The position numbers and the translations under genes are program-made. Under the pieces are notes generated by a model, which was not told the origin of the DNA, made no database searches, and saw only the letters and a program-made list of their open reading frames with translations. A stretch of 63,616 nt of DNA, filler included. It is 6 parts of 6 records of this genome, joined end to end, with 100 filler letters (N's around TTAATTAATTAA, not from the genome) between each part and the next. Parts side by side here need not be neighbours in the genome. Positions count along the whole stretch, not along the records: positions 18,738 to 24,622 come from SRR31156797_45521; positions 24,723 to 49,357 come from SRR31156797_45522; 4 more parts are not named here. The stretch is one strand, 5' to 3'. This document shows, in pieces, positions 18,738 through 27,488 of the stretch. Each line of letters begins with the position of its first letter. Positions within the stretch are counted from its first letter, which is position 1.

Positions 18738-19463
18738 GTCCAGGGGATAAAGGGTGCGGGGATCCACCACTTCCACGTCCATACCGTCAGCTGAGAGTTG
18801 TTCCGCCGCCTCAAGGGCCGTATGAACCATCCTGGCCGTGGCCACAACGGTCACGTCCTTCCCTTCCCGTTTGAGATCGGCTTCACCCAATGAAATGGCA
18901 TAATCCCCTTCCGGGACATCGCCTTCCACCGCATAAAGCATTTTATGCTCCAGGAATACCACCGGGTTGTCGTCGCGGATCGATTGGATCAAAAGGCCCT
19001 TGGCGTCATAGGGTGTGCTGGGCATCACCACCTTCAAACCGGGCAGGTGCATAAACATGGCTTCCAGACACTGGGAATGCTGGGCCGCGGCCCCGATGCC
19101 GGCCCCGCAACTGGTTCGCATCACCATGGGGATTTTGGCCTTGCCGCCGAACATATATTTCATCTTAGCCGCCTGGTTATAGAGTTGGTCCAGGGCCACG
19201 CCGATAAAATCAACAAACATCATTTCCACAACGGGCCTGAGACCCGCGGTTGCTGCTCCCACCGCCGTCCCCACGATGGCGCTTTCCGTTATGGGAGTGT
19301 CTTTTACCCGCTTTTCACCGAACCGGTCCAGCAGGCCGGCCGTTACACCGAAACATCCACCAAAAACCCCCACGTCCTCACCCGCCACATAAATATTCGG
19401 GTCACGCTCCATTTCAACCACGTGAGCGTCATTTATCGCTTGCGCAAAATTCATATTCGGCAT
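18738..19463 (-). CDS. acoB: Acetoin/2-oxoacid dehydrogenase E1 beta subunit (3' truncated)
   Basis: DTPITES, NQAAKMKYMFGG, AAQHSQ, PSTPYDAKGLL; runs into the spacer. Confidence 0.85.
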
Positions 19464-19522
19464 TTTTCAATCCTCCTCCTCGGTTTTGGCTATTCTATTT
19501 CCATGTCGCGCCGTAAACGCTT

Positions 19523-20482
19523 TTAGGTGTATACATCCTCCATGAGTTCAGAGACTTGGGGAAAGGGGCTTTCTTCGGCGAATTGTTCGGCTGCCGCCAG
19601 ATCGTCCTGAAGCGCTTTTTGGATCTTTTCAATTTTGCTCCGGGTCAACACATCCATCTCCAGCAGTTTTTCCTCAAACCGTGGAATCGGATCTTTTCCC
19701 TTCCACTCCTGAAGTTCCGCATCTTCACGATAGGCACAGGGGTCCCCTTCAAAATGCCCCCGGTGGCGGTAGGTTTTGCATTCAAGCAGAGACGGCCCCC
19801 TGCCCAGGCGTGCGCGGTTGATGGCTTCGGAGGCCGCTTCACAAACGGCAACCACATCATTTCCGTCCACCACCATGCCGGGGATGTCATATCCCGCGGC
19901 CCGGTCCGCCACGTTGGGAACGCACATGGAGTTGAGGGTACAGGAGGAGATGCCGTACATGTTGTTTTCGTTTACAAACACCACCGGCAATTTCCAGCAG
20001 CTGGCCAGGTTCATGGCCTCATGGGTGGTTCCCTGGTTGGAAGCGCCGTCGCCGAAAAAACAAATGGCCACACCGTCACTTTCCTGATACTGGCAGGCCA
20101 ATGCGGCGCCTGAAGCCAAAGGGGGACCGCCTCCCACTATACCGTTGGCCCCCATAATGCCCAGATCAAGATCGGCGATATGCATGGAACCGCCTTTCCC
20201 CTTACAGTATCCGGTATTTTTGCCGTACAGTTCGGCCATCATGGGCTTGATATCGGCGCCTTTAGCGATCATATGTCCGTGCCCGCGATGGGTGCTGGTG
20301 ATATAATCCTTGTGGGTCAAATTGGCGCAAACCCCGGTGGCAACGGCTTCTTCGCCCACATAAAGATGCACAAAGCCCGGAATTTTACCGTCTGCAAAAA
20401 GCTCGGCCACCCGATTTTCAAAGGTTCGAATCTTGACCATGGTGGAATACATCTCAATTAATTGTTCATGGGTCAGGTCCAT
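19523..20482 (-). CDS. acoA: Acetoin/2-oxoacid dehydrogenase E1 alpha subunit (TPP-dependent)
   Basis: GFVHLYVGEEA, THRGHGH, GKGGSMH, GDG...ENN TPP motif, GHFEGD. Confidence 0.88.
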   Translation of the reverse strand: MDLTHEQLIEMYSTMVKIRTFENRVAELFADGKIPGFVHLYVGEEAVATGVCANLTHKDYITSTHRGHGHMIAKGADIKPMMAELYGKNTGYCKGKGGSMHIADLDLGIMGANGIVGGGPPLASGAALACQYQESDGVAICFFGDGASNQGTTHEAMNLASCWKLPVVFVNENNMYGISSCTLNSMCVPNVADRAAGYDIPGMVVDGNDVVAVCEAASEAINRARLGRGPSLLECKTYRHRGHFEGDPCAYREDAELQEWKGKDPIPRFEEKLLEMDVLTRSKIEKIQKALQDDLAAAEQFAEESPFPQVSELMEDVYT

Positions 20483-20542
20483 TGGTTTCCTCCTTAATGT
20501 TTTGGATAAGAATCTCTTTTGCCTACATACATGCCTTATTAA

Positions 20543-21913
20543 TTACCCCCGGGGCAAAAACAAAGCCCAATTGCCGGCATCACGGGCAGCGTCCACAACG
20601 GCCTCGGAAAAGGACGGGTGAACGCGGATACCGCGGGCCAACTCCTGCACCGTGGATTCCAACTGCATGGCCACCACCGCTTCTCCGATGATTTCGGTGG
20701 CATGGGTTCCTACGATATGAACACCCAATATTTCTCCATAACGGCTATCTGAAACTATTTTGACGGCGCCGTCCACTTCATTGTGAACCATTGCCAGCCC
20801 GTTTATGGAATAGGGGAAACTGCCCGTTTCCACGTCAAACCCCTGATCTTCGGCTTCATCTTCGCTTAATCCCACCGATGCCATCTGGGGAGTGGTCCAC
20901 AGGCACCGGGGAATTAGCCCAAAAGGGAATTTGCGTGACTGTCCCATGGCGTTTTCAGCCGCAAATACCGCCATGGAGGACGCCCCGTGGCTGAGCATCC
21001 ACCCCCCCGAGGCATCACCGATGGCGTAAATGCCTTCCACCGACGTCTGCAGGTATTCGTCAACCCGAATACCGGCATCGTCATTCAGCGCCACCCCCAC
21101 CGTTTCCAGGCCCATATGGGAAGTATTGGGCACGCGTTTGGACGCAAGGATCTTTTCCACCGTAAGGGTTTGGGCTTTTTTTCCGCCGATGGTACATTGA
21201 ACACCGTTTTCGACCTCTTTCATGGTCTCCACAGGGCCGCGTAAAATGATTTCCATCCCCGCGGCCCTAAGTATCTGAGCCATCCGCTGGCTGGTTTCGG
21301 CGTCCTCCCTGGGAAGAATCCGCCCGGTTTCGGCCGCCATGGTGACCTTGCAGCCGAAGGTATTGAGCAGATGCGCCATTTCCACTTCGATATACCCTGC
21401 ACCGACAATCAAAACCGACTCCGGCGGCCGGGACATGTCCAGCACCTGGTCGGTGGTCAGCATGGCTTTTTCCGGAATCATCTCACCCGGTGCGGCCAGG
21501 GAACTGCCGGTGGCCACAATGATCTTCCCGGCTTCCATGTTCCGGCCTTCCACATGAACGGTCCGGGGGTCTTTCAAATCCGCCCGCCCGTTAACGACTT
21601 CAACGCCGTTGTTTTGCAGCAAAGCCTCCATGCCCATTCGAATGTCGGCAGCCACACCGTTTTTACGGTCCACAACCGCTGTAAAATCGGTTTTCGGGTC
21701 GGTGACCTTAAGCCCGAAGTCAGCTCCGGACCGGACCCTTTGCAACAATTCCGCGGCCCTCAGCCACACCTTGCTGGGAATACACCCCCGGTTAACGCAT
21801 GTGCCGCCCAACTCGGAAGCTTCCATCAACAAGACTTTGGCCCCCAATTGGGCCCCCCTAATGGCGGCCGCATAGCCGCCGGATCCGCCTCCCACTACCG
21901 CGATGTCATACAT
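20543..21913 (-). CDS. lpdA: Dihydrolipoamide dehydrogenase (E3)
   Basis: GGGSGG FAD motif, GGTCVNRGCIPSK redox disulfide, HPSFSE C-terminus. Confidence 0.92.
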   Translation of the reverse strand: MYDIAVVGGGSGGYAAAIRGAQLGAKVLLMEASELGGTCVNRGCIPSKVWLRAAELLQRVRSGADFGLKVTDPKTDFTAVVDRKNGVAADIRMGMEALLQNNGVEVVNGRADLKDPRTVHVEGRNMEAGKIIVATGSSLAAPGEMIPEKAMLTTDQVLDMSRPPESVLIVGAGYIEVEMAHLLNTFGCKVTMAAETGRILPREDAETSQRMAQILRAAGMEIILRGPVETMKEVENGVQCTIGGKKAQTLTVEKILASKRVPNTSHMGLETVGVALNDDAGIRVDEYLQTSVEGIYAIGDASGGWMLSHGASSMAVFAAENAMGQSRKFPFGLIPRCLWTTPQMASVGLSEDEAEDQGFDVETGSFPYSINGLAMVHNEVDGAVKIVSDSRYGEILGVHIVGTHATEIIGEAVVAMQLESTVQELARGIRVHPSFSEAVVDAARDAGNWALFLPRG

Positions 21914-21943
21914 GGTATTGTTTTTGTCCTTTCCAAAAGTGTT

Positions 21944-23272
21944 TTAGCCCAGCATCAGCATCGGTTCCTTCAGGTTCCCGGCCAGATCCCGCAAAAAAAT
22001 CATTGCCGGGGCTCCGTCCACAACTTTGTGATCAAAGGTGAGACTGAGGGTCATCATGTGTCGAACGGCAATTTCACCATCCACCACCGCCGGCTTCGCC
22101 ACAACCCGGCCCACGCCCAAAATACCGGTTTCCGGCGGGTTCAATACCGGTGTAAAGCCATCCATGTCCAGCATGCTCACATTGGTGATGGTAAAGGTGC
22201 CGCCCGTGGCTTCGTCCATGGCAAGGGTGCCCTTGCGGGCCCTGCCTGCCAGATCCCGGGCTTCCCCGGCGATCTGCAGCAGGCTCTTTTTCTCCGCATT
22301 GCGCAGCTTGGGCACGATCAGACCTTCTTCGAGGGCCACGGCAATTCCCATGTGCACGGCGTCATGAAGAATGATCTCTTCGCCCACGAGGGTTGAGTTC
22401 ATGATGGGATGTTGTTTCAATGCCCGTACGGTTGCCAGGATAATGATGTCGTTGTAGGAAATTTTAAATTCCGCCTTCTTGTATTTCTCCCGCATCAGAT
22501 CCCTGAAGCGAACCATTTCAGTGACATCCACCTCGGTAAAGGCGGTCAATTGCGCCGCATTTTGCAGGCTGGCATGCATATTGTCGGCGATGACCTTGCG
22601 GATCCCCTTCATGGGGATCACCTTCACCTCGGAAGGCGCCGGATCCACCTCCGGCTGCCCCTTTCCGGCCCCTAGGACACGCGTCACGTCTTCTTTGGTG
22701 ATTTTCCCCCCTTCACCGGTTCCGGTGATTTCGCTCAAGTCCAAACCTTCCTGTTTGACCATCTCCGCCGCCAGGGGGGTGATGCCGGGCATGGGCGGTC
22801 CTTCCTCATGAAACTTCAAGACATCGGCTTCCTTCACTTTGCCGTTTGGACCGGTCCCCGGTACCAGACTGATATCAATTCCCAATTGGCGCGCCACCCG
22901 CCGTGCGGACGGTGTGGACAATATGCGGGGTTTGGGGGCCGGCGGTTCTTCTTCGGGGGACGTGCCACCGGATGACGCTTCCCCTTCCACCGCCTCCCCC
23001 AATTGGACCCCTTCCATAGGTTCGGGCTGTTCCCCCGGTTCGGCAATCACCGCCACAATGGCACCCACCGGCACGGTGGTACCCGTGGGAACCACGATCT
23101 GGAAAAGGATGCCCCCTGCCGAAGATTCAATCTGGTTGGTTATTTTTTCGGTTTCCACCTCGAACAGGACCTCGCCTTTTAGAACGGTATCGCCCTCGTT
23201 TTTATACCATTTTGACAAGGTTCCTTCCTTCATGGTCATGCCCATCTTGGGCATGGTAACATTGACACTCAA
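21944..23272 (-). CDS. acoC: Dihydrolipoamide acetyltransferase (E2) with one lipoyl and two E3-binding domains
   Basis: ETEKI lipoyl Lys; GTGPNGKV and GTGEGGKI binding domains; DHKVVDG catalytic motif; TTG start. Confidence 0.9.
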   Translation of the reverse strand: MSVNVTMPKMGMTMKEGTLSKWYKNEGDTVLKGEVLFEVETEKITNQIESSAGGILFQIVVPTGTTVPVGAIVAVIAEPGEQPEPMEGVQLGEAVEGEASSGGTSPEEEPPAPKPRILSTPSARRVARQLGIDISLVPGTGPNGKVKEADVLKFHEEGPPMPGITPLAAEMVKQEGLDLSEITGTGEGGKITKEDVTRVLGAGKGQPEVDPAPSEVKVIPMKGIRKVIADNMHASLQNAAQLTAFTEVDVTEMVRFRDLMREKYKKAEFKISYNDIIILATVRALKQHPIMNSTLVGEEIILHDAVHMGIAVALEEGLIVPKLRNAEKKSLLQIAGEARDLAGRARKGTLAMDEATGGTFTITNVSMLDMDGFTPVLNPPETGILGVGRVVAKPAVVDGEIAVRHMMTLSLTFDHKVVDGAPAMIFLRDLAGNLKEPMLMLG

Positions 23273-23404
23273 AACTCACCTCCGTCATTGAAAGGATTTA
23301 TTCATGGATGCGAAAAGGCCAAGCGGAAGGCGCATCAGGAAATCGCGGTTCGCCGGCCATGCCGGCGTTGGCGGCCGGCAAAACAGTGATGTGCGGATTC
23401 AATG

Positions 23405-23420
23405 AGCAAATGACGTGCCA
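23405..23420 (-). promoter_or_regulatory. sigma54 (-24/-12) promoter of the dehydrogenase operon
   Basis: Reverse complement TGGCAC-GTCAT-TTGCT, about 130 bp upstream of the E2 start. Confidence 0.85.
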
Positions 23421-23573
23421 TGAAAAGACAAATGGAACCGAATCTCTGCTTCTCATGGAGAAAAGTCTTAAATTTCTTATTAAAACAGATATTTTTGAAC
23501 ATTATAAAAACATGGGGGGCACCGTTTTACGGTCCGCCGAAAATACTGAAGTTTAGGTGCGGCGAGGGAGATA

Positions 23574-23679
23574 TGTTCGATTCTCGAACATCCGAAAACA
23601 GGGTGGCGACGCAAAGCCTTTAAGGCGGATTAACCGGAAGGATTTGTGCGATTTTTTGGCACTGTTAGATTTTCGAACA
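23574..23679. promoter_or_regulatory. Two palindromic enhancer-like sites TGTTMGA-N3-TCGAACA
   Basis: 23574-23590 TGTTCGAttcTCGAACA (perfect) and 23663-23679 TGTTAGAtttTCGAACA, upstream of the sigma54 promoter. Confidence 0.65.
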
Positions 23680-23783
23680 GCAGCGGCCGGCCCGGATAAG
23701 GTCATTGAAGGGATTTAGGGTTTCAGAATGAAAGCTGTAAAACCTTGTCATTCAGGCAGGGACATGGGGTGCTGCTTTTCCTT

Positions 23784-23812
23784 TTGACTCACAACATTTG
23801 TTTATGTATACT
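23784..23812 (+). promoter_or_regulatory. sigma70-type promoter for the SPFH gene
   Basis: TTGACT-17 bp-TATACT. Confidence 0.6.
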
Positions 23813-23940
23813 GGAACACATATATTGAATTTCATGCACTTTTTTTCATTTGATCCTGATTCCAAAACCAACATTCAAACATTAAGCTTAATGCGATTTA
23901 ACAATTCTTTATCAACACATGGTGTTGGTTCAAAGGAGGA

Positions 23941-24622
23941 ATGACCATGAAGGATCCCCCCTCTGATGTATTTCTTCGACGCGCAAGGATAAAAAATCTT
24001 ATCCGGAGAACCGCGTTTGTCTGTATTATCGTGGCATTGGTTTATTCTCTGGCAGCCATTGTTTACTCCACCAAGGTTATTTACAAGGTCAAGCTCAACT
24101 ATGCCGTCATTCTTGAACAATTCGGCGGCAAGCGCCAGGCAATCACTGAGGTGGGCTGGCATTACCGGCTGCCTTTTTTCACCCGCCTTGAAAAAGAAGT
24201 CCCCCTGATGAATCAAAACCTGTACCTGGGGGGAAGTCCTGATCCCCTGAAAATCATTTCCAGGGAAAATGTCGCCCTGTGGACTTCCGCGCTTATGACA
24301 TTCAAAATCAAGGATTTAAAAGTCTGGGGAATTGAAAACCTGACCCCTGAAATCCTATTGCAGGGTGATTTTGACGGTATTGCCAAAGACACGCTCCAGG
24401 CGCAGGAAGTCAACAAACTCATCAGTGAAAGAGAAAAAATCAAAGAAGAGATTTTTCAGGCACTCAAGGACCGTCCCATCAATAAAGACGGGCCCACCAT
24501 CGAAGACAAGTATGGCATCGAGGTGGTCAGTTTTGTACTCAATGAAACACGATTCGGCGATAAACTGGTGGAAGCCACCGAGGAAAAAAAGAGGCGCCAG
24601 CTCATTGCCGAGGCGGAAAACT
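23941..24622 (+). CDS. SPFH/band 7 domain membrane protein (3' truncated)
   Basis: N-terminal TM, VILEQFG...GWHYRLPF, YGIEV, coiled-coil tail; runs into the spacer. Confidence 0.8.
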
Positions 24623-24722
24623 NNNNNNNNNNNNNNNNNNNNNNNNNNNNNNNNNNNNNNNNNNNNTTAATTAATTAANNNNNNNNNNNNNNNNNNNNNN
24701 NNNNNNNNNNNNNNNNNNNNNN
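24623..24722. other. Artificial contig spacer
   Basis: N44-TTAATTAATTAA-N44. Confidence 0.99.
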
Positions 24723-24782
24723 AACCCTTTTCAAAGGGTTCTCTGGTCCCGCCGAAGGCGCCCCCGGAGGGTCACCAAAGGC
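24723..24782. repeat. Right part of a REP-like palindromic intergenic element at the contig start
   Basis: AACCCTTT-TC-AAAGGGTT-CTCTGG; the matching CCAGAG arm is at the other end of the same contig (49352-49357). Confidence 0.55.
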
Positions 24783-25937
24783 TTATGTAAGTTTTTCGAA
24801 TGCCTGACGCATAGCGACTGCAGCCAGAATGGTGCGTTCGGTCAGCGAGGCAGTGATCATGTATTCATTGTGCGAGTGGTCCTTGCCACCAGTGGGACCA
24901 AGGCCGTCGATAACCGGAGTCCCTGCATTGGCTATGAAGTTGGCGTCTGAAACACCACCTCGTGCGCTTTCCTGAACCGGGATGCCTAGTTCGGTACCGG
25001 TAGAGGCCACGATTTCGTATAGGCTCGCAATAGCCGGACTGTTTTCCATGGTCGGCCTGCCCGGTATGACTTCCAATTGGCAGTTCGTGCCGGGAATGGT
25101 CGGAGAAGCCGCTGAATTTTCAATGGCCTCACGCAGAATAACGCCTTCCAATTCATTCCAGTACCGACATTCGATTTTGGCTTTGGCCGAGGGGGCGACA
25201 GTGTTTGGCCCCACACCGCCTTCGACCAAACCAACGTTGACGGAGACACCCTTTGCTGCATCATTGAGTGCTTCAAGGGTAATGGTCTGATGCGCCATTT
25301 CAAGGATGGCACTGGGTTTTGGTCCCGTCAGATTGCCGGAATGACCTGCTTGACCTTGAATTTCCAAAGAAAAGGATATTTTACCTTTTCGCGCGGTGAC
25401 GATTTTTCCGCCCGGGCTGGAACATTCAAAGACAAAGGCCATGGCCACTTTTTTAGCTTCTTCAATGATGAGGTCTTGTGAATGAGGTGAGCCTATTTCT
25501 TCGTCTGAATTGAAGACAAAAGTAATAGGCATGTCATCAAGAAGGCCTGCGGCATTAAGTGCTTTGAGCGCATAAATGCCGACAACCAACCCTCCTTTCA
25601 TATCCACCACGCCGGGTCCGATGATGGTGTCACCATCCGGGCGAAAACAATCAAATCCATCTTCGGGTGGAAAAACCGTGTCCATATGACCACAAAGCAA
25701 GAGACCGTTGTTGTCGGGTTGAGTTGCGTTTTGTGCGACCAGATTGTCGCCAACCTCGTCACGCTTTTCGCGTCGAACAGTGAATCCCATGTCGGTCATC
25801 ACGCTCTCAAGGACCGAAGCGACTGCATCGGTTCCCGGTTTATTGGGCGTGTAACTGTTGATGCACACGATCTTTTCGAGCAGGTCCATCATTTCCTGCT
25901 CATGATTCGTGATATATGTGCGAATGGACTCAAGCAT
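24783..25937 (-). CDS. M20 metallopeptidase (carboxypeptidase G2-like)
   Basis: GHMDTV, GPGVVDMKGG, DEEIGS, GGVSDAN and distal His ligand. Start overlaps the aminomutase stop (TAATG). Confidence 0.9.
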   Translation of the reverse strand: MLESIRTYITNHEQEMMDLLEKIVCINSYTPNKPGTDAVASVLESVMTDMGFTVRREKRDEVGDNLVAQNATQPDNNGLLLCGHMDTVFPPEDGFDCFRPDGDTIIGPGVVDMKGGLVVGIYALKALNAAGLLDDMPITFVFNSDEEIGSPHSQDLIIEEAKKVAMAFVFECSSPGGKIVTARKGKISFSLEIQGQAGHSGNLTGPKPSAILEMAHQTITLEALNDAAKGVSVNVGLVEGGVGPNTVAPSAKAKIECRYWNELEGVILREAIENSAASPTIPGTNCQLEVIPGRPTMENSPAIASLYEIVASTGTELGIPVQESARGGVSDANFIANAGTPVIDGLGPTGGKDHSHNEYMITASLTERTILAAVAMRQAFEKLT

Positions 25938-27487
25938 TATTTTTTGCCGTACTGGTTGAAGGCAAAATTGGTGTCATTGCCGTATCCTTCCGGGGCGGCG
26001 TCCGGGTAACGGACTTCGCCGCCCCACGGTTTCTGGAGGATGACAACTCCGTCCTCGCGGCCTTGAACATTGTCGCGGTGGAGCGGAATCTTGCCGCCGG
26101 CAGCCGCAATGTAGCGCGGGATGGCATCACCGGAAATGTTGCCGTACATGCCTTCCACGATGTCCCGACCTTTCTGGATGGGGACGCGCATGTGATAGTA
26201 CTGGGGGTTTCGATAGGAGCAGTTAAAGATGTAGTAGGGGCGTATGTATGATTCTTGAATGGTCTCACACAGATGCCACATCTTGACCTTGGAATCATTG
26301 ATGCCGCGCAAAAGAACGGCCTGATTGAGAACTGCGGAGACACGTTTGGAAATCTCCTTGAATGCCTGACGGGAAACAGGAGTGATCTCTTGAGCCGTGT
26401 TGATCTGTGTGACCACGCGGACGGGTTTCTTGTCATTGCTTTCTTCCAGAATGTCGAGAAGCTCTGCATCCACTCGCTGTGGAGTGGTGACGGGGACACG
26501 TGTGCCGAGGCGTTTCATCTTGATGTGGTCGATGTCATCCAGTTTGCCGAGCAGCCAACGAAGTGAGCTGTTGGACAACATGAATGCGTCTCCACCGGTA
26601 ATTAACACGTCACGAATGGCCGGTTTTGAGGCGATGTAGTCGAGGGCTTCTTGATATGCAGCTTTTGAAAAGGTGCGGTCAGATCCACCGATATGAGCAA
26701 TGCGCAAACAGTGTGTGCAATACATGGCGCAGATGTTGGTGGATTTGAGGGCCACCACACGTGGGTAGAATTGATCGACAAGACGAACCGGAGAATGATC
26801 CGAGGCTACGGGCGGGATTTCTTCACCCACGGTGTCGACCATCTCAGCGGTGGGGACAGCCTGAAGGATGACAGGGTCATTGGGTACAGGTTGGATGAGG
26901 CTGGCATAATACGGTGTCATGCGCATGCGGTATTTTTGAGTGATGCGCGCTACGTCCTGAATACAGTCCTCGGGAAGATCGAGACACTTTTGCAGGGTTT
27001 CGGTATTGTCGATACAGTTACCGAGTTGGCCGGAGAAGGAATTCCAGTCGTCGTCTGTCATGCCCAGAACTGATTTAATGCGTGCCTGATTCTCAAGGAT
27101 TTTGTCCCAGAGTTGAATGCCACTAGGGGCTTCAGTATCCTTGCGTGCCAGATAATCCTTCACACGCAGGCCAGCGTCGGTGATGATTTCAAGGGCTCGG
27201 CCCACGCGGCCACCTATGGTCACAGAGTGCTCGTCGATTTTGACATGCTTGGCGCACAGTTCGATAAGATTTTCGCGGGTCAGGCCGTATGCTTCATAGC
27301 CGGGACCGTTTGCGGTTTTGGCATTTTTGAGAGCGTGAAATAGAGCCACGATAGGCGCTGTGCCTTCAGTCTCTTTAGCGTCGGCGTAAAGCTGTTGCAT
27401 GTTGGTGGAATCGGCTTCGGTTGCAGTACCGTTACCGGAAATCTGTTCAAGCAAGTCCGTCGTAAAACCATCCAATTGAAAAGCCAT
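25937..27487 (-). CDS. KamA-family PLP/radical SAM 2,3-aminomutase, divergent (glutamate 2,3-aminomutase-like scaffold)
   Basis: CAMYCTHC, RDVLITGGD, RLGTRVPVT.PQR, NQAVLLRGIND, RPYY, GGKIP (PLP Lys). Probable start MAFQLDG at 27487. Confidence 0.9.
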   Translation of the reverse strand: MAFQLDGFTTDLLEQISGNGTATEADSTNMQQLYADAKETEGTAPIVALFHALKNAKTANGPGYEAYGLTRENLIELCAKHVKIDEHSVTIGGRVGRALEIITDAGLRVKDYLARKDTEAPSGIQLWDKILENQARIKSVLGMTDDDWNSFSGQLGNCIDNTETLQKCLDLPEDCIQDVARITQKYRMRMTPYYASLIQPVPNDPVILQAVPTAEMVDTVGEEIPPVASDHSPVRLVDQFYPRVVALKSTNICAMYCTHCLRIAHIGGSDRTFSKAAYQEALDYIASKPAIRDVLITGGDAFMLSNSSLRWLLGKLDDIDHIKMKRLGTRVPVTTPQRVDAELLDILEESNDKKPVRVVTQINTAQEITPVSRQAFKEISKRVSAVLNQAVLLRGINDSKVKMWHLCETIQESYIRPYYIFNCSYRNPQYYHMRVPIQKGRDIVEGMYGNISGDAIPRYIAAAGGKIPLHRDNVQGREDGVVILQKPWGGEVRYPDAAPEGYGNDTNFAFNQYGKK

Positions 27488-27488
27488 G

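Noticed and set aside
25937-27487. Naming the aminomutase kamA, ablA, epmB or eam
   Set aside because: Specificity residues match none of them by eye, and the expected partner genes are absent.
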